NCBI RefSeq assembly: GCF_001194135.2
Contig: NC_068985.1
Span: 87,704,189-87,738,666 of the forward strand
Length of the DNA: 34,478 nt
Direction: 5' to 3'
Source of the DNA: Octopus bimaculoides
Taxonomy: Eukaryota
Shown one piece after another: positions 12,504 to 24,155 of this stretch. Each line of letters starts with the position of its first letter. Position 1 is the stretch's first letter. A model generated the notes under the pieces. It saw nothing but the letters and a program-made list of their open reading frames with translations. It was not told where the DNA came from and searched no databases. A program made the position numbers and the translations under genes.

Positions 12504-12869
12504 CTGTTTATAAATATCATGTCATTTCATATTTATATTTCTAGTTTATGTCAAAGCTCGGTGTTGTTAATATATAAGGTATAATTCCCATCATTATAGC
12601 AATTATCGTTTCAAACTTTCTGTATACAACGTTGTGATCCAGTAGATAGATGTTTAGACGTTTGTCAAATAGATTATATTGATCTTCTGCTGTCATCTGT
12701 CTGCGTATGTATATATGATTTAATGTTTCAAATGAATTCATAGTTGTTCTTTATTGTGAAGAATATTGTAATATATATATACATACCACATCATATCTTT
12801 CATATTTCTCGAAAGGATAGAGCCCCATCTCTTACCTCTTTTAGCCTCTTACAGTTGTCCATATGTTAT

Positions 12870-13745
12870 TCTGAGGCAATCTTTTTGGTATAGAAGCGTT
12901 GGATCGCCTCGAATTTTGCCGTCAATTTGACATTTTGTGGCGACTGTAATTGAGATGAGTAACCTACTGACTGATAACAAATGTTCTCCACAAGAGTAAC
13001 CCGATTTCTTATTTCAAGAAGGATCTCAGAAGCCGATAAATCAGTCACATTTTTACCACCTTACTAATATGCACACAGAACGATGCCTTACCCCTCGTGT
13101 GTATTCCCAAGTCGCACAATGACGCTACCACTGGTCCTGAATATTCTGATTAGCATTCCGTTTGGGGTCGGTAGATGAGTGATTTGAACATGTCGGCATT
13201 GAAGTGCATATTGCCTCCTTCAGCCCATTTGTATCTTACTTTTAAATCTTTCTAAAGTTTTGAGGTGCTTTCTGGCTCCGTCAGTGCTTGTGATACTTTG
13301 GCATCATCAACATAGCTGGTGTGGGTGGCTACTTGTGTGACTAAGAACATGATTGAGAAGCACCAGTGGTCCCAGTGCAGTTCCCTGAGAGTCTATACTT
13401 AGGATTGATTTCTCCTCAGAGAGAGTGAAAGTATCATTGGTTGCAGCCGTCTGACTTGTATTTTTGAACTGTCAATCCTCCTTTTCTTCACTTTACCAAC
13501 GATATCAAGATCTCGCAGTTTGTGAGGTATCACTCATTGATCGACTTTGTCGAAGTTCTTGGTGAAGTCATGATAAATCACATCCAAATTTGAACGGCCG
13601 TGTTGGGGTTTCTTTAACCAGTCATAACGCTGTAGTAGCTATGTCAGGCAGCACTTTCCGAGATGGAAACCATCCTGCACGTTTGTGAGCAAGCGGTTTT
13701 CTTCTAGAAATTTAATCAGCTTCATTCTAACAATGCGTTCCATGA
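12870..13745 (-). pseudogene. Decayed CR1-clade LINE, RT domain and downstream region
   Basis: Reads IMERIVRMKLIKFLEENRLLTNVQDGF, LDVIYHDFTKNFDKVD, SYVDDAKV and YSSQLQSPQNVKLTAKFEAIQRFYTKKI, which are CR1-type RT motifs. Contains stops and frameshifts. Confidence 0.85.
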
Positions 13746-15201
13746 TTTTGTTATACCTTATACATGCATACATATATACATACATATATACGTTATTTAT
13801 GAACAACAGAAGTACTACAAGATTAAAATAGCAATCTGTGTTACACGTTTAACACATATACATTGTTGAAAACCTGTAAACAGACGACGACTCATATAAA
13901 CCTATACGTGTGTGTAAATATTTGTGTGTGTAAACATATATGTGCATGAACATGTATACATGGTGGTGTGTGTTCACACATATATTTGTGGTTTCGTCCA
14001 TAAAAAAATAGGTGAAAAAGTTTGAATATAACGCAGGGTCCTGACTGGGTGCTGGGAAGGGGATATTTATATTTTTGTATTTTATATATGAACGATTAGG
14101 TATATACAGATTTTGCTGTTTTTATATTGCGTGAAGACATATAAAATATGAATAAATGAAAAACGAAAGATATAAGCCACAAAAAGAGATATTTTTGCTG
14201 TGTCATACGTCTTGTTCATATTCGATGTTATGACACTCTTTTTTTTCTCTCCACTCATATATTCACACACATACACATTATACATATACTCTCACACAAA
14301 TACGTCTCATTCATCCTTTTAGAAGGACGCATTCTCAATTATTAAGTAAAATCCATTTGAATGTAAGGCTGATAGAAAAAGTTCTGTTAAAGAAATGAAA
14401 GAATAATATCAGTTGTATTAAGGCGATAGAGGAATGAAGTGAAGTAGATGGGCAATGGCTAAAGAACATATGTCTATAGCTGAAGAATGTTAGAGGACGA
14501 TATCGACAATGAAAACTTTCATTATCTGGAGAAAAACAGATATGTAATACAAATGTGTGATAAAAGTATTATATGCTTATATTAAAATAGAGTTTTGAAT
14601 AAAGTAAATCAACATTTATTTAAAAACAGACTGAAGTGAAATGGATTGAAAAAGCTGATCGTAAGATACTGTTAAATGGATTAAAATTTAATTAAATGAA
14701 CAACTACAAGGAAGTTAATTGAATCAAATGAGAGTAAAAGGAATTGGTGTTAATAAATCGTTGATCTGGCAGCTGAAGGAAGTTAGGATAAAAGAAAGGC
14801 TGTTGCTTAGATGGATTCTTAGACAAAGCGGAGATGACACGAAAGAAACCGAATAACGTTAACAAAAATATCAATAAAAATTCATAGTATTTTTATCCAG
14901 CAAGAATTAAAAATAATATTCTGAAGATGAAGACTTTTTATTGTAGACCAGCAGATATTTGGGCGCATGTTTGCAAATAGTTAATAGCTAATACCGACAC
15001 ACTGGTCATTGAATGGATATCGATATAATAATTATGCACACATGAATATCCTCTCTGTTTTTGATGACATCATTCATTTATTCACACTTCACTAGCGCAC
15101 CTGTCTCTCGGGGCAGAGAAGAGCAGGAGCAAGGGCTCAATTGACTACCAAGCACCATCTATTTGGCGTCAGCCTTTGTTTTTGAATTTTGACTTACTTA
15201 C

Positions 15202-15257
15202 CATACCAGGCCTGCCGGTTAACAAGATTGATTTTTAGACTCATCCGTAAAATAGAA
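15202..15257 (-). CDS. Candidate 56-nt exon SILRMSLKINLVNRQAWY, phase 2 to 1
   Basis: Polypyrimidine acceptor ttttggctctctttctgcgttcaag and consensus donor ATG|gtaagt. Single open frame. Confidence 0.3.
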
Positions 15258-15299
15258 CTTGAACGCAGAAAGAGAGCCAAAACAATGTTTTTATAATTC

Positions 15300-15445
15300 T
15301 ACTCAGGTACCAGTCGGGAATTGGTTCTATCAATTCCCGAAAGAATGAAAGACATAGTTACCCTCACTGGAATGCAATCTCTTAGAGCAAACAAATTGGA
15401 CAAAGATCGAACGTTATTCACTACAACGCTCTCATGAGCCGTCCA
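15300..15445 (-). mobile_element. Decayed SINE family 2
   Basis: ggtaccagt...tatcaattcccgaaagaatgaaagac parallels the reverse complement of 19555-19610. Confidence 0.55.
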
Positions 15446-15829
15446 ATTCATTGCTTTTAGATTCGAGTCACCTTAAAATATTTATTTCACATCTTGATTA
15501 TATGTTAAGTCGGTATTTTAGTACGCTAACTCGGAGTATTTCGTACTTTGGTTACTTTGGAAATATGACTTTTCAGTAATAGGTAACATTTACTGAGATA
15601 ACGGATCGCTGGTGTTTGTAAAAGAAAAAGGACGCGAAATCGATAGATTTAAAAATGACCTAAAACTATTGAAAAAAATAGGTTTAGATATAATGAGAAA
15701 GCAGCCTTAAGTAGGTGTCCCTCTAGATAATATTACAGTCAACAGTAGACCTTTTCCTAAGCCCAATAAGAAGTTGTTTTTTCTATTTAAAGAGATTCCA
15801 TACTTTGTATTGTGCAACTTGGTTCTCAA

Positions 15830-16720
15830 TATAAATAGATATCTGTATGATATATGAGCTGTCTACAGAGGAGGCCACATTTGGAACTACGTTCCTGTGC
15901 ACTAAAAATTGGCTTTAATGAAGAGATAAATTCCCCGGTGAACATTAATAATTCGATACGTAAGAGTGGAAAACAAGGAATCCTATGATATAAACCTGTG
16001 TGCTTTAGTTTTAAAGAGGTTAGTTTAAGAGGTGCCTCTACAGAAGCATTGGATTGAAGGACCAGATTATGAGTGTTACTGAACGAGAGATTTACAGTGT
16101 AAGCGATTAGAAAGAGGATTGGTTTAGATGAAACGCCGTTTGCCATTGTTTCAGGAAGAGGCCTTAGTGATACCCCATTCGTTGTGAGCAAGAGAAGTAC
16201 ATGCTTACAAAAAAGAAATTTATCTAGTGGTCACTGAGGTGGAGCAGATATGGTATCTTACCCAGTAGTCTGGAGGTCTCTGAGGAGAAAAGGGAAGGGC
16301 TTGTGAGAGCCATACATGCAATACACAGAAGTAAAGTCAACAAGGTGAGAGTTACTAATGAAGATATTGACGAATTTCACATGCAGACAGAGCTGGCTTA
16401 CGGCTTTGTTCTCATCTCCTGCAAACGTTAATAAAACAGATAAAGACTGGCGGAATTTCTCTATGCATATGACCTGGTTCTTATAAGTTTAGCAAATAGT
16501 GAATCATAACAAAGGCAAAAGAAGACAGGTCTCTCTTATGCAAAAGGCAAATGATCAAAAGGCATGAAAAGGTGTTGATAGAAACTCCATTATATGTATG
16601 TTGCGTAATAATGGATGGCCAAAATGTGTAGTGGAGGAAATACATCGCGTGCACGTTAAATTCAGAAGAGTAGTCAGTTGTACACACGAAGCAGATTCTT
16701 TTACTTGACAGTATTGTAGA
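15830..16720 (+). pseudogene. Heavily decayed RTE-type LINE RT region
   Basis: Reads IRKRIGLDETPFAIVSGRGLSDTPF, VVWRSLRRKG, LVRAIHAIHRSKVNKVRVTNEDIDEF and EFLYAYDLVLIS, which align to RT motifs (F.PGRST.D, W..LR..G, LYADDL). The minus-strand ORF 15826-16191 is its antisense shadow. Confidence 0.7.
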
Positions 16721-17359
16721 TCGTTGTGGGGGAGGCTCTTTTTCTATGTTTTGATGACATCTTTTACAGGAAACTTAATGTTAGCGCAGTACTTCGTTCG
16801 GACATGTTCTGTGTTTTGTCTGTAAGTATCACAAGGTTAGAAAATTAAAAGCTTCATGAAATTCTTCAGGGAGTTTCGGAAGAGTTGATATTTTACTGAA
16901 ATGTTTTCCTTTGCTTTTTTTTTTTTATCGGGTTAATGAGTGTTCGCTTTCATTGGATTGGTTGTCGGAACAATTTAATATTTCAAATCTTTCCTACTCA
17001 CAATGTGTTCCAGGAGTCCATTATTCGTAGCAAAATGTCATTCCGGTAGATCTATTTCAGTAATTTTTCAGTTTTTCCCATAAGGAACATGACATATTAT
17101 AGAAATACAGAAAAATTCAAAATGGAAAACCATTCGGTGCAATTCCTATTTTGTTTCTATGATGTACCCATTGTAACTCGTTTAATAAAATAAACTATTC
17201 ATCCTAAAAACAATATATTTCAATAAAAAATTGCCTTCATCAAGGTTTGTGCGAATGACAGGAAATTATATAGTTCTTGGTATTTCGTCTTTACTAACAG
17301 ATTGCAACAGATCATTGATTTAACAATCGTATTCGATTACCAAGTATTCCGTAGCGCTT

Positions 17360-18300
17360 GAATACGCTCCATTTCATTCGAGGAGTATTGGTGACGTCAC
17401 GGTTTAGGTCTTCTCACCTTTCCAGCGACGGTCAAGGTATGTGGAACATAAAGTTTTCTTAGCTATGAAATTAATAGTAGTAATTATTCTTGAATTTTCT
17501 CTACCGCTCATTCTCGTCTAAATTACCTCTCGCTTAGCAAAGCATGAATATTGCATCAAACGATTTTCTGTTATTAAATTTTCACAGAATCCCTGCGCTA
17601 CGGTGCTTCAAAATAACAATTCTCTAATGTTTAAAACATATCACGCTTCGTTGCCCGTTAGAAAATGTTCCATAAGTTACGTGACAAGGTAAGCTGAACC
17701 CATCCATGCATATAATGAGTTCAGTCCAAAGTAGCTGAATCGTCAACACTATTTTCTTAAAACCGACAAAACTGGCTCTGGGCAACGCTTACAAGTTTCA
17801 CGTCTTGTTCGGCCACCTGAAAAGCATACTTTATTGTAGAGTTCTCATGTGGAAATAATCTCTGCAGACAGGAAGAGTTTCCAGATTTTGTATCTATATA
17901 GGAGGTGTGATTGCAACCGCTTCAAACTCATTGATTTCCATTGCTTGCTCGATATTTATTCGGCTCAGTATAAGTGATTGAATACAACCCAATGACTGGC
18001 AAGCTTTATTGATACTTCCAGTTACCTCCTTAGCGAGAGGATCCATCAGATGAGATAACACTCTCACGGTAGACGCGAGGAGGCCGTTGACAATTCTCAG
18101 CCGTTGGCCATTCCCATCTCGGTCCCCTGTGAGCACATTTTAGGAGGGAACGGGGTTATTATTTGTAGAGTGTCAGAGTATAGAACTTCTGTTTTGTTGA
18201 GACTTATTGTGAGTTGAAACAATTCACAAGCATATTGAAGCTCAGCCTTAGAATATGCTGCGGAAACTCAGTTATCGGTAAGCGACGGTTCAAGTGAGAG
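17360..18300 (-). pseudogene. Decayed RTE (BovB-like) LINE, post-RT C-terminal region
   Basis: Reads ACELFQLTISLNKTEVLY, SVISSDG..LAKEVTGSINKACQSLG, FHMRTLQ and IQLLWTELIICMD, typical RTE/BovB motifs. Confidence 0.8.
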
Positions 18301-18362
18301 TCTCTCAAGTGTCAAAGAATGATCCGTCACGTTTCTATCTCAGATACAATCCAGCTCCAAGA

Positions 18363-18537
18363 GGGCGTACCCATCAAGGTTATCTTTTGCAGTTCATGGA
18401 GATTGTAGTTACCAGGGGGTTGCTTAATATACTACTCAGCTCCCTTCTTTATCATTCCCAACGCACCAGTTACTACTGGTATTATCGTAGTACCTAGCTT
18501 CCACATTTTTGAGATTTCAATTTGCATTGTAATTTCA

Positions 18538-18539
<2 letters not shown>
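18363..18539 (-). mobile_element. Older, different R4/Dong-like RLE C-terminal fragment, 5'-truncated at a (TAA)n tract
   Basis: Reads NEITMQIEISKMWKLGTTIIPVVTGALGMIKKGAE*YIKQPPGNYNLHELQKITLMGTP, containing the IPVV.GALG and LQK..L.GT motifs. Confidence 0.8.
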
Positions 18540-18611
<72 letters not shown>

Positions 18612-19363
18612 GTTGTTGTTGTTGTTGTTATTATTATTATTTTATGTTTGACTTTTGTTTTGCATTTGTACAAGTTGGATCCAAGTCTCACCCAGAGACC
18701 TCAAGAGACAACAAGTTAGAAGTTCATGTAGGTGTTATGCCTAGAGTACCATATATTTAGATTTGTACAGTTTTGTTCAAGTGAATGTTTAAGAAACCAT
18801 AAGAAAATNNNNNNNNNNNNNNNNNNNNNNNNNNNNNNNNNNNNNNNNNNNNNNNNNNNNNNNNNNNNNNNNNNNNNNNNNNNNNNNNNNNNNNNNNNNN
18901 NNNNNNNNNNNNNNNNNNNNNNNNNNNNNNNNNNNNNNNNNNNNNNNNNNNNNNNNNNNNNNNNNNNNNNNNNNNNNNNNNNNNNNNNNNNNNNNNNNNN
19001 NNNNNNNNNNNNNNNNNNNNNNNNNNNNNNNNNNNNNNNNNNNNNNNNNNNNNNNNNNNNNNNNNNNNNNNNNNNNNNNNNNNNNNNNNNNNNNNNNNNN
19101 NNNNNNNNNNNNNNNNNNNNNNNNNNNNNNNNNNNNNNNNNNNNNNNNNNNNNNNNNNNNNNNNNAGTTCCAGAGGAGTGCAATGTGATCATTTTCAAGT
19201 ACTGGGGGTAGTTTGTGTTCCCACCAGTTTTTATCATGGGGCAAGTCCAGGTTTTTGCATATTACCCAGTGAATATATTGTGCAGCTCTATCATGCCTGT
19301 TGAGATACTCTGTAGGCGCAAGCAGACTGCACATGGAGACAACATGATCGATGGTCTCATTTT
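18540..19363 (-). mobile_element. 5'-truncated R4/Dong-like element (CCHC remnant, RLE domain partly in the gap, 3' UTR, (TAA)n/(CAA)n tail)
   Basis: Reads NETIDHVVSMCSLLAPTEYLNRHDRAAQYIHWVICKNLDLPHDKNWWEHKLPPVLENDHIALLWN. The 3' UTR differs from the copy at 100-270 by about 6 mismatches in about 170 nt (counted by eye). Confidence 0.9.
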
Positions 19364-19364
19364 G

Positions 19365-19434
<70 letters not shown>

Positions 19435-19460
19435 GATTATTATTATTATTATTATTATTA
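19364..19460. repeat. (ATT)n microsatellite between the Dong 5' end and a SINE head
   Basis: Seen directly. Confidence 0.95.
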
Positions 19461-19461
19461 T

Positions 19462-19659
19462 GTGACGAGCTGGCAGAATCGTTAGCATGCTGCGAGGACT
19501 GCTTAGCAGTGTTTCGTCTGCCGCTGCCTTCTGAGTTCCAATTCCGCCGAGATCGACTTTACCTTTCATCCTTTCGGGGTCGATAAATTAAGTACCAGTT
19601 GAGTACTGAGGTCGATGTAATCGACTATTCCCCACCCACAAATTTCAGGCTTTGTGCCT
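19462..19659 (+). mobile_element. SINE family 2 (tRNA-derived head and central domain), tail missing or displaced
   Basis: A-box-like tggcagaatcg at 19471 and B-box-like gagttccaattcc at 19533, then cctttcatcctttcggggtcgataaattaagtaccag. Homologous to 26872-27100. Confidence 0.85.
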
Positions 19660-21069
19660 GGGACGACGTGGCGAACGGGTGGCCTGCCTACTCAGAAATG
19701 GGCTGAAAGAAAGCTGTCCCTGATAGGTCGGACAGAGGTGGCAAATGCTTCCTTCACCTCCGTTATCATTCATCACCTGACCGTCGTGCCTGACCAGTTT
19801 GGAGCGTCTCTTATTTAACTTCTTGTGGAAGGGACGCGTTCCACTGGTCAGGCGGTTAGTCTGTTGCCAGTATCTTCTGAGTGGTGGATTAGGTATGGCG
19901 TGGCTCCTAATGCGCATACACTTATTTAGTTTACGCCACCTGCAACGATTTCTGGACGGTGAACGTGTGTACTTCGTTTGTGAGGCTTGTCTTTCTGCAG
20001 CTCGTCTCCTTGACAGAGCTGCTGTCCTGGGTGAAGAAAAGACCGAGACTAGGCGTCTGGTACCGAGAATATTGTCAGACGCTCACAACCCTCTACCAGT
20101 CGGACATTGGGATAGGTGGATGTTCCGCTTTGGAAATGTATGGAGGATTAGTGGCGGGGAAGTGCGACAATGTTCTCAGGGAGACGAGGTGCCGACGAGA
20201 ACGAACTGGCTAATCTGTTCCGGAGGACGTTCCGGTCGGGAACTATCATGGATAATATCCATAATTCCTTGGCCTGGCAGTGCTACCGGGGGGCATTGCC
20301 GATGGCTTTTCCGGGAGCATTACCGGGCGAGCGCTATCAGGGGGCGCCACCGGTTCGAGATAAACTCTATAGGCACGGGTGTGCTGTTAGACAGACTTGC
20401 TCGAGGTGCGCGTATAGTGACAAAACCTCGTTCAGTGTCCGAGAATTGCTGACTTGTGGGGTTAAGTTGAATAGCTGCTGTCACGTGTTGGACAAATCCG
20501 CCTGTCGGCCGAGTCTGTACTGTTGATTGCATTGCCGCTCTCTTTCAATCGAGCAGGCAAAGCAGTTTTCCTTTGCCTGGTGGCTGTGGCGAAGGAGGTT
20601 GTTTGATGGACAAGGCTGACAGGCATGAGAAGAGATACACTCCTCTTTGGTAGAACTCTCATTGACTTCTTCAAGTTTCACTTGAAAAGGAAATTGAGAG
20701 TAGAGAATGAAATGCTGTCCTGGAGTGAGTTTATTGAAAGGTGGGTGAAAGATGCGAAAATGGCAAGACTGGATGGTACCCCTCTAAATGTAGACCTGTG
20801 AGTCGGAGAGAAGGAATTGGAGAGATCACTTGCTCCTAGGGTGTCAGGGAAATCCCGGACAGTGGGGTTCCTCGATTATCCCTAGAGGCGTTCTTGTATC
20901 AGGAGAGCCACATTAATACTATCACCCTCCGTTCTTTTAAAAATGTTTCTTTTTATACCTTTGTAGGTTATGCATATGTCCCTTTTAATTTATTTTATCA
21001 TTATATGTAAATCCCCACACTTTATGTATTGTCCCCCTTATCCTTCGCCCTTGTGTCAAATAAATGAAA

Positions 21070-21070
<1 letters not shown>
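19660..21070 (+). mobile_element. 5'-truncated L1/Tx1-clade LINE: ORF2 C-terminus with zf-RVT region, 3' UTR and AATAAA
   Basis: Reads WAERKLSLIGRTEVAN, LERLLFNFLWKGRVPLVRR...GGLGMAWL, LAWQCYRGALP..VRDKLYRHG...CSRC and FLCLVAVAKEVV*WTR...EFIERW, with the stop at 20799-20801. AATAAA at 21059-21064. Frameshifted. Confidence 0.85.

Positions 21071-21119
<49 letters not shown>
21071..21119. repeat. (ATT)n tail
   Basis: Seen directly, immediately after the Tx1-like 3' end. Confidence 0.95.
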
Positions 21120-21704
21120 GCGATGATGATGGAATAGATGATATCTTTTCTTTTAATACAGAATGGGAGTTGAGAGGGAGATGTGACTAGTGTCACTAAA
21201 CGAGATGTTTCTATCCTTGCAGGCTACAAAAGAATTTAGCAACAGAAATGCTGTTATTTATCTCGAAACATTTTATTTTTCTCGCGTCTTTTTCTTCTTT
21301 TCAGGTGTTTGTTTCACTTGGATAAGGGATGTTATATATCTTTCTACGTTTGTCATGGCTACAGTCTTTATATGGACGTTTAAATTAAGCAAATATAAAT
21401 ATATACATGCACAGATACGTTTATATATGTATATATGTGTTGTACATAAGTTTTGTCTATGTATGTAGGTATTGTATACAATTGTATGCTGCTAAACTAG
21501 ATACCGTTTCCAATACTGTTATAACAGACGACACACACTTCTAACACTGGTGCGTATTGAACAATTTGCAATTTTGCATGAAATCAGAAGCAAATACGCC
21601 ATCCATTACTAACACACACTCTCTCTCACACATAGATACAAACACATTATATTACACAATATACATACACATATACTGTATTCATACAAACATCCACACA
21701 AACA

Positions 21705-21738
<34 letters not shown>

Positions 21739-23269
21739 TATACATGCGTCTGTGCATATATGTATGCATGTTTGAATAGCTAATTTGGTCCATGTCCCAA
21801 TGGCAGTATTTCATTATCCTCATCATTGGTTTTTGTGCCAATTTTCCTATACTGGCGTGGCTTGGATGGGATTGCAAAATAGTATCCTTCTACATGAATT
21901 CTTTCCAAATTCTCGCAACACTCTTTCAGCCTCTGCTTATTCTTTCAAGGCATGCAGGTATTTCCTGCTCCATTGTTTTGCTTAAAACAAGAAATTGATA
22001 TCCTATGAATGTCTCATCATACCATAGCAGCTTTCTTTGCTTTCAAATTCAATACGTTCTGCAACTGTGAACAAAAGCCCGTTGCACTTCAGTCTTTCAG
22101 CAGAAACCTACACAGTTGCGCAACTTATCTGGTGTGAAGCCAAGGAGGGTGAATCTATGTAGTCGGTTATCATATTAGAAATAGCAGCCTGGTCTCCATA
22201 AGAAATTCTCTTGTAGGTCATCGTTTTATACTTATATTTCTATACTTGCGTGGGTTAGATGCAGTTTATTGAGACAGATTTTATATAGCCAAATTCTCTT
22301 TCCGTGGCCATTCCTTATCTAGTTCGAAGCAAAGTAATAAGTCAGACGTGTTTCCACGGAGTATCAAAAGCGAATGACTTTAAAGTATTTGGAGTGTTAA
22401 TCACCCGATGCAGAGCCATCTCGGCCGCATTATGGGATCTCGGGCAAATCCATGCCCTGCGCCTCTATAATATCCATCTAGTTATAGAACGCTACAGGAT
22501 TTATAGATTAGAATTGGGCCTTTAGGCTCGTGAGGCTCTGGGCAACTGCTCCGTGTACCCATGCTATAAGATGGTACTGACCTGATGGGAAGACGACAAG
22601 CATACCATACTCAAATTCAAGAGCATGAATATTTCTAAGAGAGAACACATTTGATAATAATATAGTCCTAAGTACACAATGCCAATGAAAATGAGGGCTA
22701 TCTATTTTCGTCGATTCCAATTTCTGTACCATGACATATGACAAGTCAATGAAGAAGTCTTTATGTAGTTGTTCAGCCTTCTAGACAATGCTGTTACATG
22801 CTCCTCACATCTCGCCCTTGTGACTTAAAATAGGCAGGGCACATAAAACAGTTTCTCACGTTTTCAAGAATAGTGAAATTGCCAGACCGGTTGAAAGGAT
22901 GAATGAGATACATTTTGGCATCTTTTATAGTTCTTTTCATTCTGACAGTATGTTTTTTTTTCCCTCAAAATATCTTGTTTAGCCTTGCAGATGCATGGTT
23001 AACTTCAGCCAATGAAGGCCCTAGGTTCTTTTTCTTTCCTATTTTGGACAGGATAGAAGACAGCATCCTTGCTCTGTAACTGTGGTTCCGATATTAGTGA
23101 GGGATTGGTGTAGGAGAATGAGCATTCAAATTCGAAACCCAACCCAAATACTTCTAACAGAGTGGACAGCTCAGCTAAAGGCACCTCAGTTACATGATGT
23201 TAGTGGTAGCGGCGTTAAGTAGCGTAAAGGGTTAAGTCTATCATCCGAGGAGGTCACGGTGGTGTTTCA

Positions 23270-23400
23270 ATTCAGAATACAAAGAGATGAAACAAATACC
23301 ACAAGTGAGTTAGTCCAAAACTGACCGTGGCAGGATTTGAACTCACAACATAAAATCGGAATAAATACTATGATGATATAATACCGTGACTAATTCTCCA
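23270..23400 (-). mobile_element. Decayed SINE family 2 head
   Basis: ctgaccgtggcaggatttgaactcacaac is a reverse-complement B-box region similar to 19530-19560. Confidence 0.5.
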
Positions 23401-23590
23401 TGAGGTCCATCCAGTCAATTTACAGTGTCACACGCAGAAACAAGTTGACCATTCCTGATGATCTAAGATATCTGACAACCAGTCAGAATTTCAAAGACAC
23501 ATGCCTTACAGTCTTTGCCGGGGGACATGTTGATTTCCATGTCAACGTGCGATGTATACACACCGAGGCACTCAAGGGTTCATAAGATAC

Positions 23591-23669
23591 CCATGTAACT
23601 GTTGCCAGTCATTTGAACAATGTGGATTAGTGTTGACAAAATCACATCTAATAGTAATATCTAGGAAAT
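23591..23669 (-). CDS. Candidate 79-nt exon (D)FLDITIRCDFVNTNPHCSNDWQQLH(G), phase 1 to 2
   Basis: Acceptor ctacgttttcag and donor TGG|gtatct. Single open frame; phase-compatible with 15202-15257. Confidence 0.4.
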
Positions 23670-23838
23670 CTGAAAACGTAGATTTAGCGAATGGTCATGG
23701 TTGGAACGCCTGTCAATCACAGACATGTCTGCCCTGTCACAATTGACTATATATGGTGTAGCAGCCAAATCCCTTTCAAGAATGTATGTATCGTCTTTAA
23801 ATTTCAGAAATGTGTGTGTGTATGCATGTGTGTGTGTG

Positions 23839-23896
<58 letters not shown>

Positions 23897-23897
<1 letters not shown>

Positions 23898-24080
23898 CCA
23901 TCGCTTGACAACTGGTGCTGGTGTGTTTACATCTCCGTAACTTGCGATTTGGCAAAAAAATTACCGATAGAATAAGTACTAGGCTTACAAAGAATAAGTC
24001 CTGGGGTCAATTTGTTCGGCTAAAGGCGGTGATCCAGCATGAATGCAGTTAAATGACTGAAGCAAAATAAGAGAATAAAG
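23897..24080 (+). mobile_element. SINE family 1, 3' half, preceded by (TG)n at 23810-23896
   Basis: ccatcgcttgacaactggtgctggtgtgtttac...gatagaataagtactaggcttacaaagaataagtcctggggtc...aaatgactgaa. Confidence 0.9.
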
Positions 24081-24155
24081 ATGGTGAGTTGGTAGAATTG
24101 GTGGGAGCATCAGTAAAAAACATTCTACAGGGCACAGACCAGCTCAGTATTCATT

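Noticed and set aside
14340-14900. Purine-skewed tract as an old LINE or ORF
   Set aside because: No motif, periodicity or open frame was found by eye.
17894-18136. 80-aa ORF as a host exon or Helitron Pif1 fragment (SINKACQSL resembles TINKAQGQSL)
   Set aside because: Flanking frames carry clear RTE LINE motifs, which explain it better.
19462-19550. tRNA gene (A and B boxes)
   Set aside because: The boxes run into a SINE core, with no convincing cloverleaf and several diverged copies in the window.
22300-22580. Possible hAT-type MITE
   Set aside because: It looks repeat-like, but I could not pair terminal inverted repeats or a target duplication within the window.
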